Positions 1 to 9,541 of a stretch of DNA of 64,000 nucleotides are shown here, piece by piece. Under the pieces are notes generated by a model that made no database searches, was not told the origin of the DNA, and was given only the letters and a program-made list of their open reading frames with translations. The stretch covers positions 414 to 64,413 of the forward strand of contig JBHIET010000008.1 of assembly GCA_046760785.1 (NCBI GenBank), in the 5' to 3' direction. This stretch comes from Anaerolineae bacterium. Lineage in GTDB: Bacteria; Chloroflexota; Anaerolineae; B4-G1. Both the position numbers and the translations under genes were made by a program. Position 1 is the stretch's first letter; each line of letters starts with the position of its first letter.

Positions 1-1
1 C

Positions 2-1195
2 AGCCAGCAAGCGGCGGAGGCAACGCCTACCGGTGGGGTCGCCACTCCCACCGTGGAGACAACTGCCGTCCAGCCCACTCCCACCAGCGTCGCAGCGCTC
101 CCTACCGTCCCCTCGGCGGAGGAAGTCTTTGGCTATGGCATTGCCGCCCACGGCATCGTGGGTAACGCGGACTACACGATGGGACAGGTGCAGAGTCTGG
201 GCCTGGGTTGGGTCAAGCAGCAGGTGGAATGGGCTGTCTTTGAGGGCAATCAAGGACAGATGGACTGGAGCGGCTTCGACTGGGTAGTGGAGGCCGCCAA
301 CGAGCGGGGCATCAAGGTTATGTTCAGCGTGGTGGATGCACCCCACTGGTCGCGCTCTTACTTCGACGATAATGTGCAAGGTGCCCCCCCGGATGATCTG
401 ACCCGATTGGCCGACTTCCTCGGACACATGGTGGAGCGTTACCAGGGCCGTGTCCACGCCATCGAGGTCTGGAACGAGCAGAACCTGGACCGTGAGTGGG
501 ATACCGCCGAGGGGGTCAACGCCGGGCAATACGTCGAGATGCTGCGGCTGGCCTATCAGGTCATCAAGAGCCGCGACCCCAACATTATCGTCATCAGTGG
601 CGCACTTTCGCCCGTAGGGGCCACAGCCACCGATCCCAACAACCCAGATCGTATCATCTACATGGACGATTTCGCATACTTCGATCAGATGATTGCGGCC
701 GGCTTCCTTGACTACTGCGACTGCGTGGGCGCGCATCACAATGGAATCAACATGCCGCCCAACGTGGCGTGGGACGAGGGGTACGATGACCCAACCGCGA
801 CGAACTTTCGTGGGCCCTTCGACAATCCCGACCATAGTTGGTCCTTCAAATCCACTCTATGGGGCTACCACGACCGCATCGCGGCGGCCGGGAGCGATAA
901 GCCGCTCTGCGTGACGGAATTCGGCTGGGCTACGAACGAGGACCTGGGCGGCCACCCGCCGGGCTTTGAGTTTGCGCTGGATAACACGCTCGCAGAGCAG
1001 GCGCAGTGGGACGTGGAGGCGTTCCAGTTGATGCGCCAGTGGGGCTTCGTACGGCTGGCTTTCCTCTGGAACCTGGATTTCGCCAACAAGTGCAACCGCG
1101 ATCCCACCGACCCCAACGCTCCCTACAGCCTCGTGAACTTCGATGGTGCGCCCCGCCCGGCCTTCGGGGCCATCAGCGAGATGGAAAAGCCCTGA
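2..1195 (+). CDS. Glycoside hydrolase, GH5-like (clan GH-A cellulase-type fold); 5' end runs off the window
   Basis: The frame of track ORF 53..1195 stays open back to nt 2 (SQQAAEATPTGG...). Motifs VWNEQN (acid/base Glu) and CVTEFGW (nucleophile Glu) are present. Confidence 0.7.
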   Translation, partial: SQQAAEATPTGGVATPTVETTAVQPTPTSVAALPTVPSAEEVFGYGIAAHGIVGNADYTMGQVQSLGLGWVKQQVEWAVFEGNQGQMDWSGFDWVVEAANERGIKVMFSVVDAPHWSRSYFDDNVQGAPPDDLTRLADFLGHMVERYQGRVHAIEVWNEQNLDREWDTAEGVNAGQYVEMLRLAYQVIKSRDPNIIVISGALSPVGATATDPNNPDRIIYMDDFAYFDQMIAAGFLDYCDCVGAHHNGINMPPNVAWDEGYDDPTATNFRGPFDNPDHSWSFKSTLWGYHDRIAAAGSDKPLCVTEFGWATNEDLGGHPPGFEFALDNTLAEQAQWDVEAFQLMRQWGFVRLAFLWNLDFANKCNRDPTDPNAPYSLVNFDGAPRPAFGAISEMEKP

Positions 1196-1206
1196 CCCAA
1201 TTGACA

Positions 1207-2394
1207 ATGAACAGTGAACAGTCCCGCCGCCGGCGCCGGGTTGCCAGTCCCACACCTCTGGGGTCTGCATTTCTGGTTCTTGGCCTTCTGCTTTTGGCCT
1301 TGGGATTTGGGGTTTGGGATTTGGGATCTGGGATTTCCTCCACTCCCCCCACGCCCACCTCCTGGCCCCGCGCCCGCCTGGCATCTCCCGAATACGGCAT
1401 GCAGGCTTTCCTGTGGTGGCACGAAGAGGCAGCCGTGCGCGACCTGGAGTTGATCCACGATGCCGGCTTTACCTGGGTCAAACAGCAGGCGAACTGGAGA
1501 GATGTCGAGGGAGCCAGCAAAGGTGCTTACAACTGGTACTTCACCGACCGCATCGTCGCCGATGCAGAACAGTTTGACCTGAACGTACTCTTCCGTCTCG
1601 ACCGTGAACCGGCATGGGCTGTGCCGCCCAGGGGGTCGCGCTCCGACAATGGCCCCCCGGAGAATCCACAGGACTTTGGGGATTTCTGCCACGCCATGGC
1701 CGGCCGGTACCGGGGGCGCGTGCGGGCCTACCAGGTGTGGAATGAACCCAACCTGGCCCGCGAGTGGGGAGGATGGCCTCCCAATCCAGCCGAGTACGTC
1801 GAACTACTGCGCGCATGCTACATCGGCATCAAGACCGCTGACCCGGACGCGCTGGTCATCTCGGCCGGACTCTCGCCCACCGGTAATGGCCCGCCTGAGG
1901 CAATGCCGGATACCGACTACCTCATTGCTATGTACGAGGCCGGTGCCGCTCCCTATTTCGATCTTTTGGGAGTGCACGCCCCAGGCTTCAAGTATCCGCC
2001 GGAGATCTCACCTGCAGAAGTCGCTGCCAAACACGATGGGCATCGCTTCTTTTGCTTCCGTCACGTCGAGGATATGCGCGAGATCATGTTACGCTACGGT
2101 GATGGCCATAAGCAGATAGCGATCCTGGAGATGGGCTGGACCACCAATCCGGTACATCCCGACTATGCCTGGTACGCCGTCACCGAGGAGCAGAAGGCGG
2201 ACTACCTGGTGCGGGCCTTCCGCTACGCCAAGGAGAACTGGTCTCCCTGGATCGGGCTGATGACGGTGATCTCTATCGCAGACGTCCGCTGGACTGAGGA
2301 TGACGAACAGTACTGGTGGGCCATAACTGAGCCGAGCTGGCCCGAGACCCGAGTGCGCCCGGCCTACGAAGCATTACGTGATATGGAGAAGTAG
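1207..2394 (+). CDS. Membrane-anchored GH5-like glycoside hydrolase (paralog of the upstream gene)
   Basis: ATG at 1207 lies inside track ORF 1006..2394. The product starts MNSEQSRRRRR followed by the hydrophobic anchor LGSAFLVLGLLLLALGF. Motifs VWNEPN and ILEMGW are present. Confidence 0.7.
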   Translation: MNSEQSRRRRRVASPTPLGSAFLVLGLLLLALGFGVWDLGSGISSTPPTPTSWPRARLASPEYGMQAFLWWHEEAAVRDLELIHDAGFTWVKQQANWRDVEGASKGAYNWYFTDRIVADAEQFDLNVLFRLDREPAWAVPPRGSRSDNGPPENPQDFGDFCHAMAGRYRGRVRAYQVWNEPNLAREWGGWPPNPAEYVELLRACYIGIKTADPDALVISAGLSPTGNGPPEAMPDTDYLIAMYEAGAAPYFDLLGVHAPGFKYPPEISPAEVAAKHDGHRFFCFRHVEDMREIMLRYGDGHKQIAILEMGWTTNPVHPDYAWYAVTEEQKADYLVRAFRYAKENWSPWIGLMTVISIADVRWTEDDEQYWWAITEPSWPETRVRPAYEALRDMEK

Positions 2395-2447
2395 GGGCAG
2401 AGCTTGCCCCTGCCTGACCTGGACGACCGCAAGGATCGCCTCTGCAG

Positions 2448-3509
2448 ATGGTAGTGATTGACGGCTCTCACGGCGAAGGTGGCGGGCAAGTGCTGCGCAC
2501 CGCCCTGGCGTTGGCTGTACTCACCGGGCAGCCGATGCGCATCGAGCACATCCGCGCCGGGCGCAGGAAGCCGGGCCTCCGACCCCAGCACCTTACCGGA
2601 GTGCGAGCGGCCGGGGCCGTGTGTGAGGCCCGCCTGGAAGGGGCCGAGTTGGACTCTCAGATGCTCACCTTTGTCCCTGGCGGCCCGGCTCGCCCCGGCG
2701 AGTACGTCTTTGACGTGACCGAAGTGGCCCGGGGCGGTAGCGCCGGGTCCGTGGGCCTGGTGTTGCAGACAGTACTCCTCCCATTGGCGCTGGCAGGCGG
2801 AGAATCACGCCTGACGCTGCGGGGTGGGACGCACGTACCCTGGGCCCCGCCGGCATCCTATCTGGAGCACGTCTTCCTGCCCACCTTGGCGCGGATGGGC
2901 GTGCGCACACAGATAGAGCTGGTGCGCTGGGGTTTCTACCCGGCGGGCGGTGGAGAGATGCGGGTACGGATTGCGGAACGGGAGGGACCGCTATCCCCCA
3001 TCCTACTGACCGAGCGCGGGGAGCTGCAGCGGGTCTGGGGTACGGCGGCGGTGATGAACCTGCCAGCTCACATCCCGCAGCGCATGGCTGCCCGCGCCCG
3101 CAACGTGCTGGCGGAGGCGGGCCTCCAGGCGCAGGTGGAGCCCCTTCGATTGCGCGGGGCGGGGCCGGGGGCCGGCATCTTCCTGTTCGCCGAATACGCG
3201 CACACTACTGCTGGCTTCACCGCTTACGGACGCAAGGGGTTGCCGGCCGAGCGCGTGGCCGAGACAGCCTGCAAGGATCTGCTGGCCCATCATCGCTCCG
3301 GCGCTCCGGCCGATCTATACCTGGCCGATCAATTAGTGCTGCCGATGGCACTGGCAAAAGGGGAATCGCGGGTCATCACCTCGCAGGTATCCCAACATTT
3401 GCTGACCAACGTCTGGGTCGTGCCCCAATTCCTGGCGCGGGAATTGAGCGTTGAAGGAGAATCAGGAGTGCCGGGGGCGGTGGTTGTGAAGGGAGTAGAG
3501 CATGATTGA
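2448..3509 (+). CDS. rtcA: RNA 3'-terminal phosphate cyclase
   Basis: Full-length resemblance to RtcA: IDGSHGEGGGQVLRTALALAVLTGQP, IRAGRRKPGLRPQHL, YLADQLVLPMALA, HLLTN. Confidence 0.9.
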   Translation: MVVIDGSHGEGGGQVLRTALALAVLTGQPMRIEHIRAGRRKPGLRPQHLTGVRAAGAVCEARLEGAELDSQMLTFVPGGPARPGEYVFDVTEVARGGSAGSVGLVLQTVLLPLALAGGESRLTLRGGTHVPWAPPASYLEHVFLPTLARMGVRTQIELVRWGFYPAGGGEMRVRIAEREGPLSPILLTERGELQRVWGTAAVMNLPAHIPQRMAARARNVLAEAGLQAQVEPLRLRGAGPGAGIFLFAEYAHTTAGFTAYGRKGLPAERVAETACKDLLAHHRSGAPADLYLADQLVLPMALAKGESRVITSQVSQHLLTNVWVVPQFLARELSVEGESGVPGAVVVKGVEHD

Positions 3510-4458
3510 AATCGTCTTTCTGGGCACTTCAGCGTCGGCTCCCTCGATCCATCGTGGGCTCTCGGCGCAGATTGTTCTTTACAGGGACTACCGCTTTCTG
3601 GTAGATTGCGGCGAGGGGACACAGCGGCAGATTCTGCGCAGCGGCCTGGGCTTCAAGCGGCTCAATAGAATCCTCCTCACCCACGGTCACCTCGACCACA
3701 TCCTGGGCCTGGGGGGGCTGATCTCCACCTTCGCCCGCTGGGAGGCGGTTGATCACCTCGAGATTTACGGCGGCAGTTGGGCGCTCGAGCGCGTGTGCGA
3801 CCTGATCCACGGCGTCGTGCTGCGAGGGGCCGAGCCCCCGATCAAGATTGATCTCATTGAGGTGTGCCCTGGGGTCGTCCTGGAGGATGACAACTTTGAG
3901 GTCGTGGCCTTTCCAGTCGTCCACCGGGGGCCTTGTCTGGGTTACCTGTTCCGTGAAAAACCGCGCCGGCCGTTCCTCAATGAGCAGGCAGAGGTGTTGA
4001 GAGTGCCACGAGGGCCAGAACGGCGACGGCTGGTTGCCGGTGAGTCGGTGACATTGCGCGATGGTCGCGTGGTTCGCCCTGATGACGTGCTCGGCCCACC
4101 GCGACCAGGTGCGATTTTGGCCCACGTGGGCGACGCAGGGCGCACCGAAAACCTGGAGATAGCCGTGCGCGGGGCCGACCTGCTGGTCATTGAGGCCACG
4201 TACTTGCGGCACGAGGCGGATATGGCACGTCGTTTCGGTCATCTCATGGCAACACAGGCGGCCCGGCTGGCCCGGGACGCAGGAGTCCATCGACTGGTGC
4301 TGACCCACATCTCGCGGCGCTATCGCGAGGCAGAAATTCTGAATGAAGCGCGGGCTATCTTCCCTGACACGGTCGTCGCCCGCGATTTCGACCACTTCCG
4401 CGTGTTGCGCAGAGATGTGAAATGTGATACGTACGACGTGAGGGCTTGCCAGTTGTGA
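3502..4458 (+). CDS. rnz: Ribonuclease Z / metallo-beta-lactamase fold tRNA 3' endonuclease
   Basis: N-terminus MIEIVFLGTSASAPS and the LLTHGHLDHILGLGGL motif. The ATG at 3502 overlaps the rtcA stop by 8 nt. Confidence 0.85.
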   Translation: MIEIVFLGTSASAPSIHRGLSAQIVLYRDYRFLVDCGEGTQRQILRSGLGFKRLNRILLTHGHLDHILGLGGLISTFARWEAVDHLEIYGGSWALERVCDLIHGVVLRGAEPPIKIDLIEVCPGVVLEDDNFEVVAFPVVHRGPCLGYLFREKPRRPFLNEQAEVLRVPRGPERRRLVAGESVTLRDGRVVRPDDVLGPPRPGAILAHVGDAGRTENLEIAVRGADLLVIEATYLRHEADMARRFGHLMATQAARLARDAGVHRLVLTHISRRYREAEILNEARAIFPDTVVARDFDHFRVLRRDVKCDTYDVRACQL

Positions 4459-4496
4459 ACAGAGAGATTATAATCGGACAAAACGAAGGAGGAAAT

Positions 4497-4793
4497 ATGC
4501 CATCGTACCGCAGGGCCAGCATCCGGGAGTTGGCTTCGGCTGCCTATGAGTTGGATGCAGGTGTCGTTGAGGGACGCCTGGGCCGTGGCGAAGACGATCG
4601 CTGGACCATAAGCGATAGGAAATTGAGCGACTGGCTGGCCCAGTACGATGGTCAGGAGATCGTCCTCATCGTCGCTTCATTGGAGGATGACCGCCCTCTT
4701 CCCCCCAAGGTCTGCCGCACCTGCGGCACCGAATACGTGGGCATCGAGTGCCCGCGCTGCCGTGAGGCCCGCATCCGCCTGCGAGGTCGCTAA
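4497..4793 (+). CDS. Hypothetical small protein with C-terminal zinc-ribbon (CRTCG...CPRC)
   Basis: ATG at 4497 is preceded by GGAGGAAAT. The C-terminus reads CRTCGTEYVGIECPRCREARIRLRGR. I recognise no family. Confidence 0.5.
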   Translation: MPSYRRASIRELASAAYELDAGVVEGRLGRGEDDRWTISDRKLSDWLAQYDGQEIVLIVASLEDDRPLPPKVCRTCGTEYVGIECPRCREARIRLRGR

Positions 4794-4833
4794 GTACAGC
4801 CTTCCACAAGTTCGTTCCCAATTTGTCCGGTGC

Positions 4834-4983
4834 CAGCGCGGGGCTGAAGACCCCGCGCTGAAAGAACGAAGCCCCTTCGGGGCTGAATCAGGGCCGCTCT
4901 AGCCCGTAGGGCTTTGCTCTTTCAGCCCGGAGGCTTCGTTGCGAGCTCAGCCGAGCGGTTCAGCTCCGGGCGGCGTGGCGAAC
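4834..4983. repeat. GC-rich structured intergenic repeat, family A copy 1 (second copy at 58109..58220)
   Basis: Starts with a 10-bp hairpin, CAGCGCGGGG-ctgaaga-CCCCGCGCTG. It shares the blocks gctgaaagaac, gggctttgctc, agccgagcggtt and ggcgaac, in the same order, with 58109..58220. Confidence 0.6.
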
Positions 4984-5088
4984 GGGAGACTCGGAACGAA
5001 TCTATTATACGAGGAGGTAACAAGGCTGCTCCTTGCTTGTAGATGCTGCGATCCGTCGCGTGCCTTTTGCGCTTCCTGACCGAATCTC

Positions 5089-6597
5089 TTATCGCTTATC
5101 CTGCCGCCCTTGCCGGACGGTCTCCGGCACCCGGGAAATCCGGGGAGTGTGCACCTGGCGTGACACAAAAGTCTGCCCCAACCCCAACCCAGCCACCGTT
5201 CCGAACGCGGCCGCGTACAGTAGCATGAAGGGGATCACCCCATAGCGCCCGGTAGCAAAGGCCACGCCCGCCGTGACCAGCGCATAGAGCGCCAACACGG
5301 CCTCACCGACGGTACTGCTGTCCATCTGGAGTCGGTAATCGCTATCGGTCCAGCGACCGGTTCGCCCCTCGAGCCGGAACTTGGGCGTGCGGGCAAATGT
5401 GCCACCCCAGCGAGTCAGCCCGCGCCAAACCGCCTGTGCATTGCACCACGCGATGCCAATCCCGACCAGCGCCAGCAACGGGAAAGCCCGCAGCAATCGC
5501 CGCCCCCAATCGGGGTACAACTGGTGTTGGGAAATGGCGTAGACCAGTGGCGGCCCTATAAACATCAGCCCCAGTCCACTGAGAGGAAGTTGCGCAGAAT
5601 CGGATGCCAGGAGCATAGGGAGTGAGAGCAGCAGAAGCAGTACCATCAGCGCGTGGGCCAGGTAGCTGCTCAGGTGTATCAGCGCCATCACCTTCTGTTC
5701 CCATCCAAACTGCCGGCCGCGCATGATGGGGCCAGTCAGCTTGCGCAAGGCTTGTACTGACCCCTGCGCCCAGCGGGACTGCTGCCGCTTGAACGCCGCG
5801 ATCTGGGGAGGTACCTCGGCTGGCGCGTCCACCCCTGGCACATAAATGCATTCCCAGCCGGACAACTGAGCTCGATAGCTCAAGTCCAGGTCCTCGCACA
5901 AAGTGTCAGATTGCCACCCGCCGGACTCCTCGATGCAGCGTCGTCGCCACACCCCGCCTGCACCATTGAAGCTCATCAGTAACCCGGAGCGATTCCTCCC
6001 TGTTTGTTCGACGACGAAATGGCCATCGAGTGCCAGCACCTGGGCGCGGGTCAGGGGGGAGTAATCGGCGTTGAGGTACGACCAGCGCGTCTGCAGTAGC
6101 CCCAGTCGCGGGCGCGCCAGGAAGTGCGGGATCGTCTGGAGCAGGAAGTCGGGATGGGGACAGAAGTCAGCGTCGAAGATGGCGACGTACTCACCACGGG
6201 CCTGCGAAAGGCCCCAGGCCAGTGCCCCGGCCTTGAAGCCGTTCCGCTCGGGCCGCCGCAGAACCGCGATGTCTATCCCCCGCTCACGGTGTAGCGCCGC
6301 CCGCGCACGAGCCAGGCGCGTCGTTTCATCGGTCGAATCATCCAAGACCTGGATCTGCAAGCGGTCGTGGGGGTAGTCAAACGCAGCTACACGGTCTATC
6401 ACCCGCTCAACCACGTGAAGCTCATTATATACCGGCACCTGCACGGTGACCGGCGGCAAGGCAGACCGATCTATGGAGGGAGTGGGAACCACCGCCCGCC
6501 GGTGGCGCAGGTAGAGGAAAGCCAAGATGAAGGAGTTCAACCCATAGACCGCCAGCGAGAGGGCGATCAGCGCATGTATGAATACCAGGAATGTCAC
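5089..6597 (-). CDS. Processive family-2 glycosyltransferase (CslA/BcsA-like beta-glycan synthase), multi-TM
   Basis: Motifs VPVYNE, VLDDSTDET, FDADF (DxD) and QQSRWAQG (QxxRW), with N- and C-terminal TM segments. The GTG start at 6597 overlaps the upstream cyclase stop (GTGA). Confidence 0.85.
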   Translation of the reverse strand: MTFLVFIHALIALSLAVYGLNSFILAFLYLRHRRAVVPTPSIDRSALPPVTVQVPVYNELHVVERVIDRVAAFDYPHDRLQIQVLDDSTDETTRLARARAALHRERGIDIAVLRRPERNGFKAGALAWGLSQARGEYVAIFDADFCPHPDFLLQTIPHFLARPRLGLLQTRWSYLNADYSPLTRAQVLALDGHFVVEQTGRNRSGLLMSFNGAGGVWRRRCIEESGGWQSDTLCEDLDLSYRAQLSGWECIYVPGVDAPAEVPPQIAAFKRQQSRWAQGSVQALRKLTGPIMRGRQFGWEQKVMALIHLSSYLAHALMVLLLLLSLPMLLASDSAQLPLSGLGLMFIGPPLVYAISQHQLYPDWGRRLLRAFPLLALVGIGIAWCNAQAVWRGLTRWGGTFARTPKFRLEGRTGRWTDSDYRLQMDSSTVGEAVLALYALVTAGVAFATGRYGVIPFMLLYAAAFGTVAGLGLGQTFVSRQVHTPRISRVPETVRQGRQDKR

Positions 6598-8306
6598 TTC
6601 AATCCTAGCAGCTCATACACGGTGATCGGCTTGCTGAAGCCCTTTGCCGCTATGGGGGGAAGTGGTCGTGCCTTGATGTACTCTTGCGCCCGCCGGTAGG
6701 CTGTATGCGAAAGCAAGATCTGCCCCGGTGCTGCTGCCTCTTGTAGGCGGCTCGCCAGATTGACGCTGGAACCGATGGCGGTGTAGTTCATCTGTTCTGC
6801 AGTGCCAATGTTGCCCACCACCGCGTCACCAACGTTGATGCCCACTCCGTAGAAAAGCTGGTAGGCCGGGGGCAGCCGCTCATGAAGCAGGGTGACCCCC
6901 TCCTGTATCTTCAGCGCCGCCCGCACTGCACGCAGGACGTGATCTGCCTGGCGAAGTGGCGCGTTGAAAAGAGCGACCACTTCGTCTCCCAGGATCTTAT
7001 CGAGCGTTCCATCCTCAGCCAATACTGCCTTGGCACCGATGTCCAGGTACTGGTTGAGCACCTCCACCAACGCCTCGGGGTCGTGCTGGCGGCTGAAGTC
7101 AGTGAAGCCACGGATGTCCGCAAACAGACTGGTGATCTCCTGCCGCTGCCCGCCCAGCTTCAGTTCTGCGGGATCGGGTGGTAACTGCTCGATCACGGCT
7201 GGCGAGACGTAGCGTCGGAACATCTGATAACGCGCTTCCAGCCGGCGTTGCTCCGTGAGATCGTCCACCACAATGGCGACACCTTGCATCTCATCCTCAG
7301 CATCCTTGAGAGGAGAGAGACTGGTGCGCAGGATGACCTGTCCACACTCGGGGAGCGACATCTCACGCTCGAACTCCACCACTGGCTTGCCATATTCTTT
7401 GACTTCATCCACGACCGGCCGCAGTTCGCTCGCCAGCGCCGGAAGTGTATCAGTGAAGCGTGAGCCAACGACGTCAGCCGCCGGTTTCCGCAGGACGCGC
7501 TCGGCGGCCCGATTGAAAAGCGTAATCTGCTCCTGAACGTCGGTAGTGATGACACCACTGGTGATGGAGGCAAAGACGTTGTCCATCAGCGCCTTGGCAC
7601 TGGAGACACTCTCGAACAGGCGGGCGTTTTCGATGGCTACGGCTGCCTGACCGGCAAAGGCGGTGAGCAGATCACGGTCCCGATCAGAGAAGAGGCCGGT
7701 GAGAATACGGTTGTCAGCGTAGATCACACCGGTGATCCGCCCACGGTATCTGAGCGGCACGCACAGGATGGAGCGCAGGTTGTAACCAATGACGCTCTCC
7801 TGCGATTTGAAACGTGGGTCCATCTGCGCGTTGGTCGTGACGATGGGCTCTCCGCTGGTCGCCACCTGCTTGACGATGCTCCGGCTGATCTCAAACGAGG
7901 ATGAAGCGATGGTCTCGCGGTCCATATTGCGGGCGGCTACAAACTCCAGTTCGCCCGTGTCCGGGTCCACGAGCATCAGGAAGGAACGTTCGGCCCCCGT
8001 CAGACGGATGATCTGGTCCATCACCTCGTTCAGCACCTCCGTCGGGTCGAGGGAGGAGCCAATAGCGCGGCCGATGTCGTACAAGGCTGCCAGTTCCTCC
8101 CGCTCGGGTGCCTGGGTTGTCAGTTCCTGTTCGAGGTGCGCCAGCACACTCTGAAGCGCTGGAAGATGCTGCACAAGCTCCGCCGCAGCCGGGGTGCCAG
8201 CCTTACGGTACTGGTCAATGATGCGGGAGATGTTTGCCAGACCCTCACGAAGGAGAACGATGTCCCCCTGGCCCGGAAACTTGGTCTCGGAAGAGTGCTC
8301 GGCCAT
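6594..8306 (-). CDS. GAF + PAS sensor class III adenylate/guanylate cyclase
   Basis: C-terminal cyclase motifs ITSLFADIRGFTDFS, KILGDEVVALFNAP and VGINVGDAVVGNIG. A GAF-like region (LMLVDPDTGELEFVAARN) and a PAS-like region sit upstream. The start is ambiguous: ATG 8306 (MAEHSSETKF) or GTG 8390. Confidence 0.8.
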   Translation of the reverse strand: MAEHSSETKFPGQGDIVLLREGLANISRIIDQYRKAGTPAAAELVQHLPALQSVLAHLEQELTTQAPEREELAALYDIGRAIGSSLDPTEVLNEVMDQIIRLTGAERSFLMLVDPDTGELEFVAARNMDRETIASSSFEISRSIVKQVATSGEPIVTTNAQMDPRFKSQESVIGYNLRSILCVPLRYRGRITGVIYADNRILTGLFSDRDRDLLTAFAGQAAVAIENARLFESVSSAKALMDNVFASITSGVITTDVQEQITLFNRAAERVLRKPAADVVGSRFTDTLPALASELRPVVDEVKEYGKPVVEFEREMSLPECGQVILRTSLSPLKDAEDEMQGVAIVVDDLTEQRRLEARYQMFRRYVSPAVIEQLPPDPAELKLGGQRQEITSLFADIRGFTDFSRQHDPEALVEVLNQYLDIGAKAVLAEDGTLDKILGDEVVALFNAPLRQADHVLRAVRAALKIQEGVTLLHERLPPAYQLFYGVGINVGDAVVGNIGTAEQMNYTAIGSSVNLASRLQEAAAPGQILLSHTAYRRAQEYIKARPLPPIAAKGFSKPITVYELLGLK

Positions 8307-8389
8307 TGTATTGCCATTATACCGCACTTTTCTCTCAAGCAAAAGCTGTCCTACGTGCGTACGGATGATATGGGGCACGAGTGAGCGCA

Positions 8390-9163
8390 CTATGTTAAAA
8401 TGTCAGACGCACGCATCGCGGCCAACAACTCGTCGTGAATCAAGCCGTTCGTCGCCAGGCAACCTGGCAAGTCCACGCGGTACGGCTCTCCCTCCAATGT
8501 GGTGCATCGCCCTCCTGCCTCGGCGATCATCAGCACCCCGGCGGCAGCGTCCCAGGGCTTCAGCGCCAGGTGGAAGTAGGCATCCAGCCAGCCTGCTGCC
8601 ACATAGGCCAGCCCCAGCGTCGCCGACCCCAACACGCGAACTGTGCCACAGCGTGGAGCAACCCGGCGCAGGTAAGCCAGCACCCACTCGCGCCCTTCAT
8701 CGTCGTGCGTCCAGTCCAGCCCTACCAGCGTATGATCCAGGCGCGCCACGCGGCTGACGTGTATCGGCGCGCCGTTGATCGTGGCCCCGCCACCCCGCTC
8801 AGCCACGAACGTCTGATCCCGCAGCGGGTCGTGGATGACGCCGATGAGCGGCTCGCCTTCCTCAAGAACGCCGATGGAGACGGCGAAAACAGGGACACGG
8901 TGTGCGTAGTTGGTCGTCCCATCCAGCGGGTCCACGATCCAGGTACACCGGCCGCCGATTTGGCTGTCCCCCGCCTCCTCGGAGATGATGGCGTGATCGG
9001 GAAAGCGAGCGCGGATCAGGTCCAGTATGGCAGCTTCTGCAGCGGTGTCCGCATCGGTGACAATGTCACGGTAGCCCTTAGGGATGACGTTGCGCTCAGC
9101 CGGATAGCGCTTAGCGATCACCTGACCGGCCCGCTGGGCTGCCTCGATCGCGGTCTTTAGCAT
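8390..9163 (-). CDS. Inositol monophosphatase family protein (SuhB-like)
   Basis: Motifs ISEEAGD, WIVDPLDGTTNYAH and GSATLGLAYVAAG. Confidence 0.85.
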   Translation of the reverse strand: MLKTAIEAAQRAGQVIAKRYPAERNVIPKGYRDIVTDADTAAEAAILDLIRARFPDHAIISEEAGDSQIGGRCTWIVDPLDGTTNYAHRVPVFAVSIGVLEEGEPLIGVIHDPLRDQTFVAERGGGATINGAPIHVSRVARLDHTLVGLDWTHDDEGREWVLAYLRRVAPRCGTVRVLGSATLGLAYVAAGWLDAYFHLALKPWDAAAGVLMIAEAGGRCTTLEGEPYRVDLPGCLATNGLIHDELLAAMRASDILT

Positions 9164-9541
9164 CTACGTTCTCCAACATATCATTTCACGCATCACGTTT
9201 CACGCGGGTGGGCGGTTGTCGCGCCGCACGAAGCGGCAATCTCACACAGCCGATTATACGACAGGTACCAGGGATGACAAGCGACTTGGTCCTCCCTGCA
9301 TTTCAGATGCCTCGGGTGTTCCAGGCTGACAATGCCGGCGACCTGCATACCACGTTTCAGTTCAACATGTCGGGCGAGGGGGGGATCAATTCGATTGCAC
9401 TTCCCGATTTCTGAAAAATGTGCTAAAATACAACCGTCGTTGGCCGGGCAACACAAGCCACATCGTAGCCCATAGATATTGAGCCCTTATTGGTTATGGC
9501 CTGCGAGGAATGTTTGCCATCTGTGTTCAGGAGGGCAGAGA

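Noticed and set aside
9274-9414. A short ORF (MTSDLVLPAFQMPRVFQADNAGDLHTTFQFNMSGEGG...) resembling the N-terminus of SCP2 sterol-carrier-type proteins, ending just after a G7 run.
   Set aside because: Only about 47 codons remain, and none of the alternative frames after the G-run restores a convincing SCP2 continuation. It may be a decayed remnant, but that cannot be supported from sequence alone.
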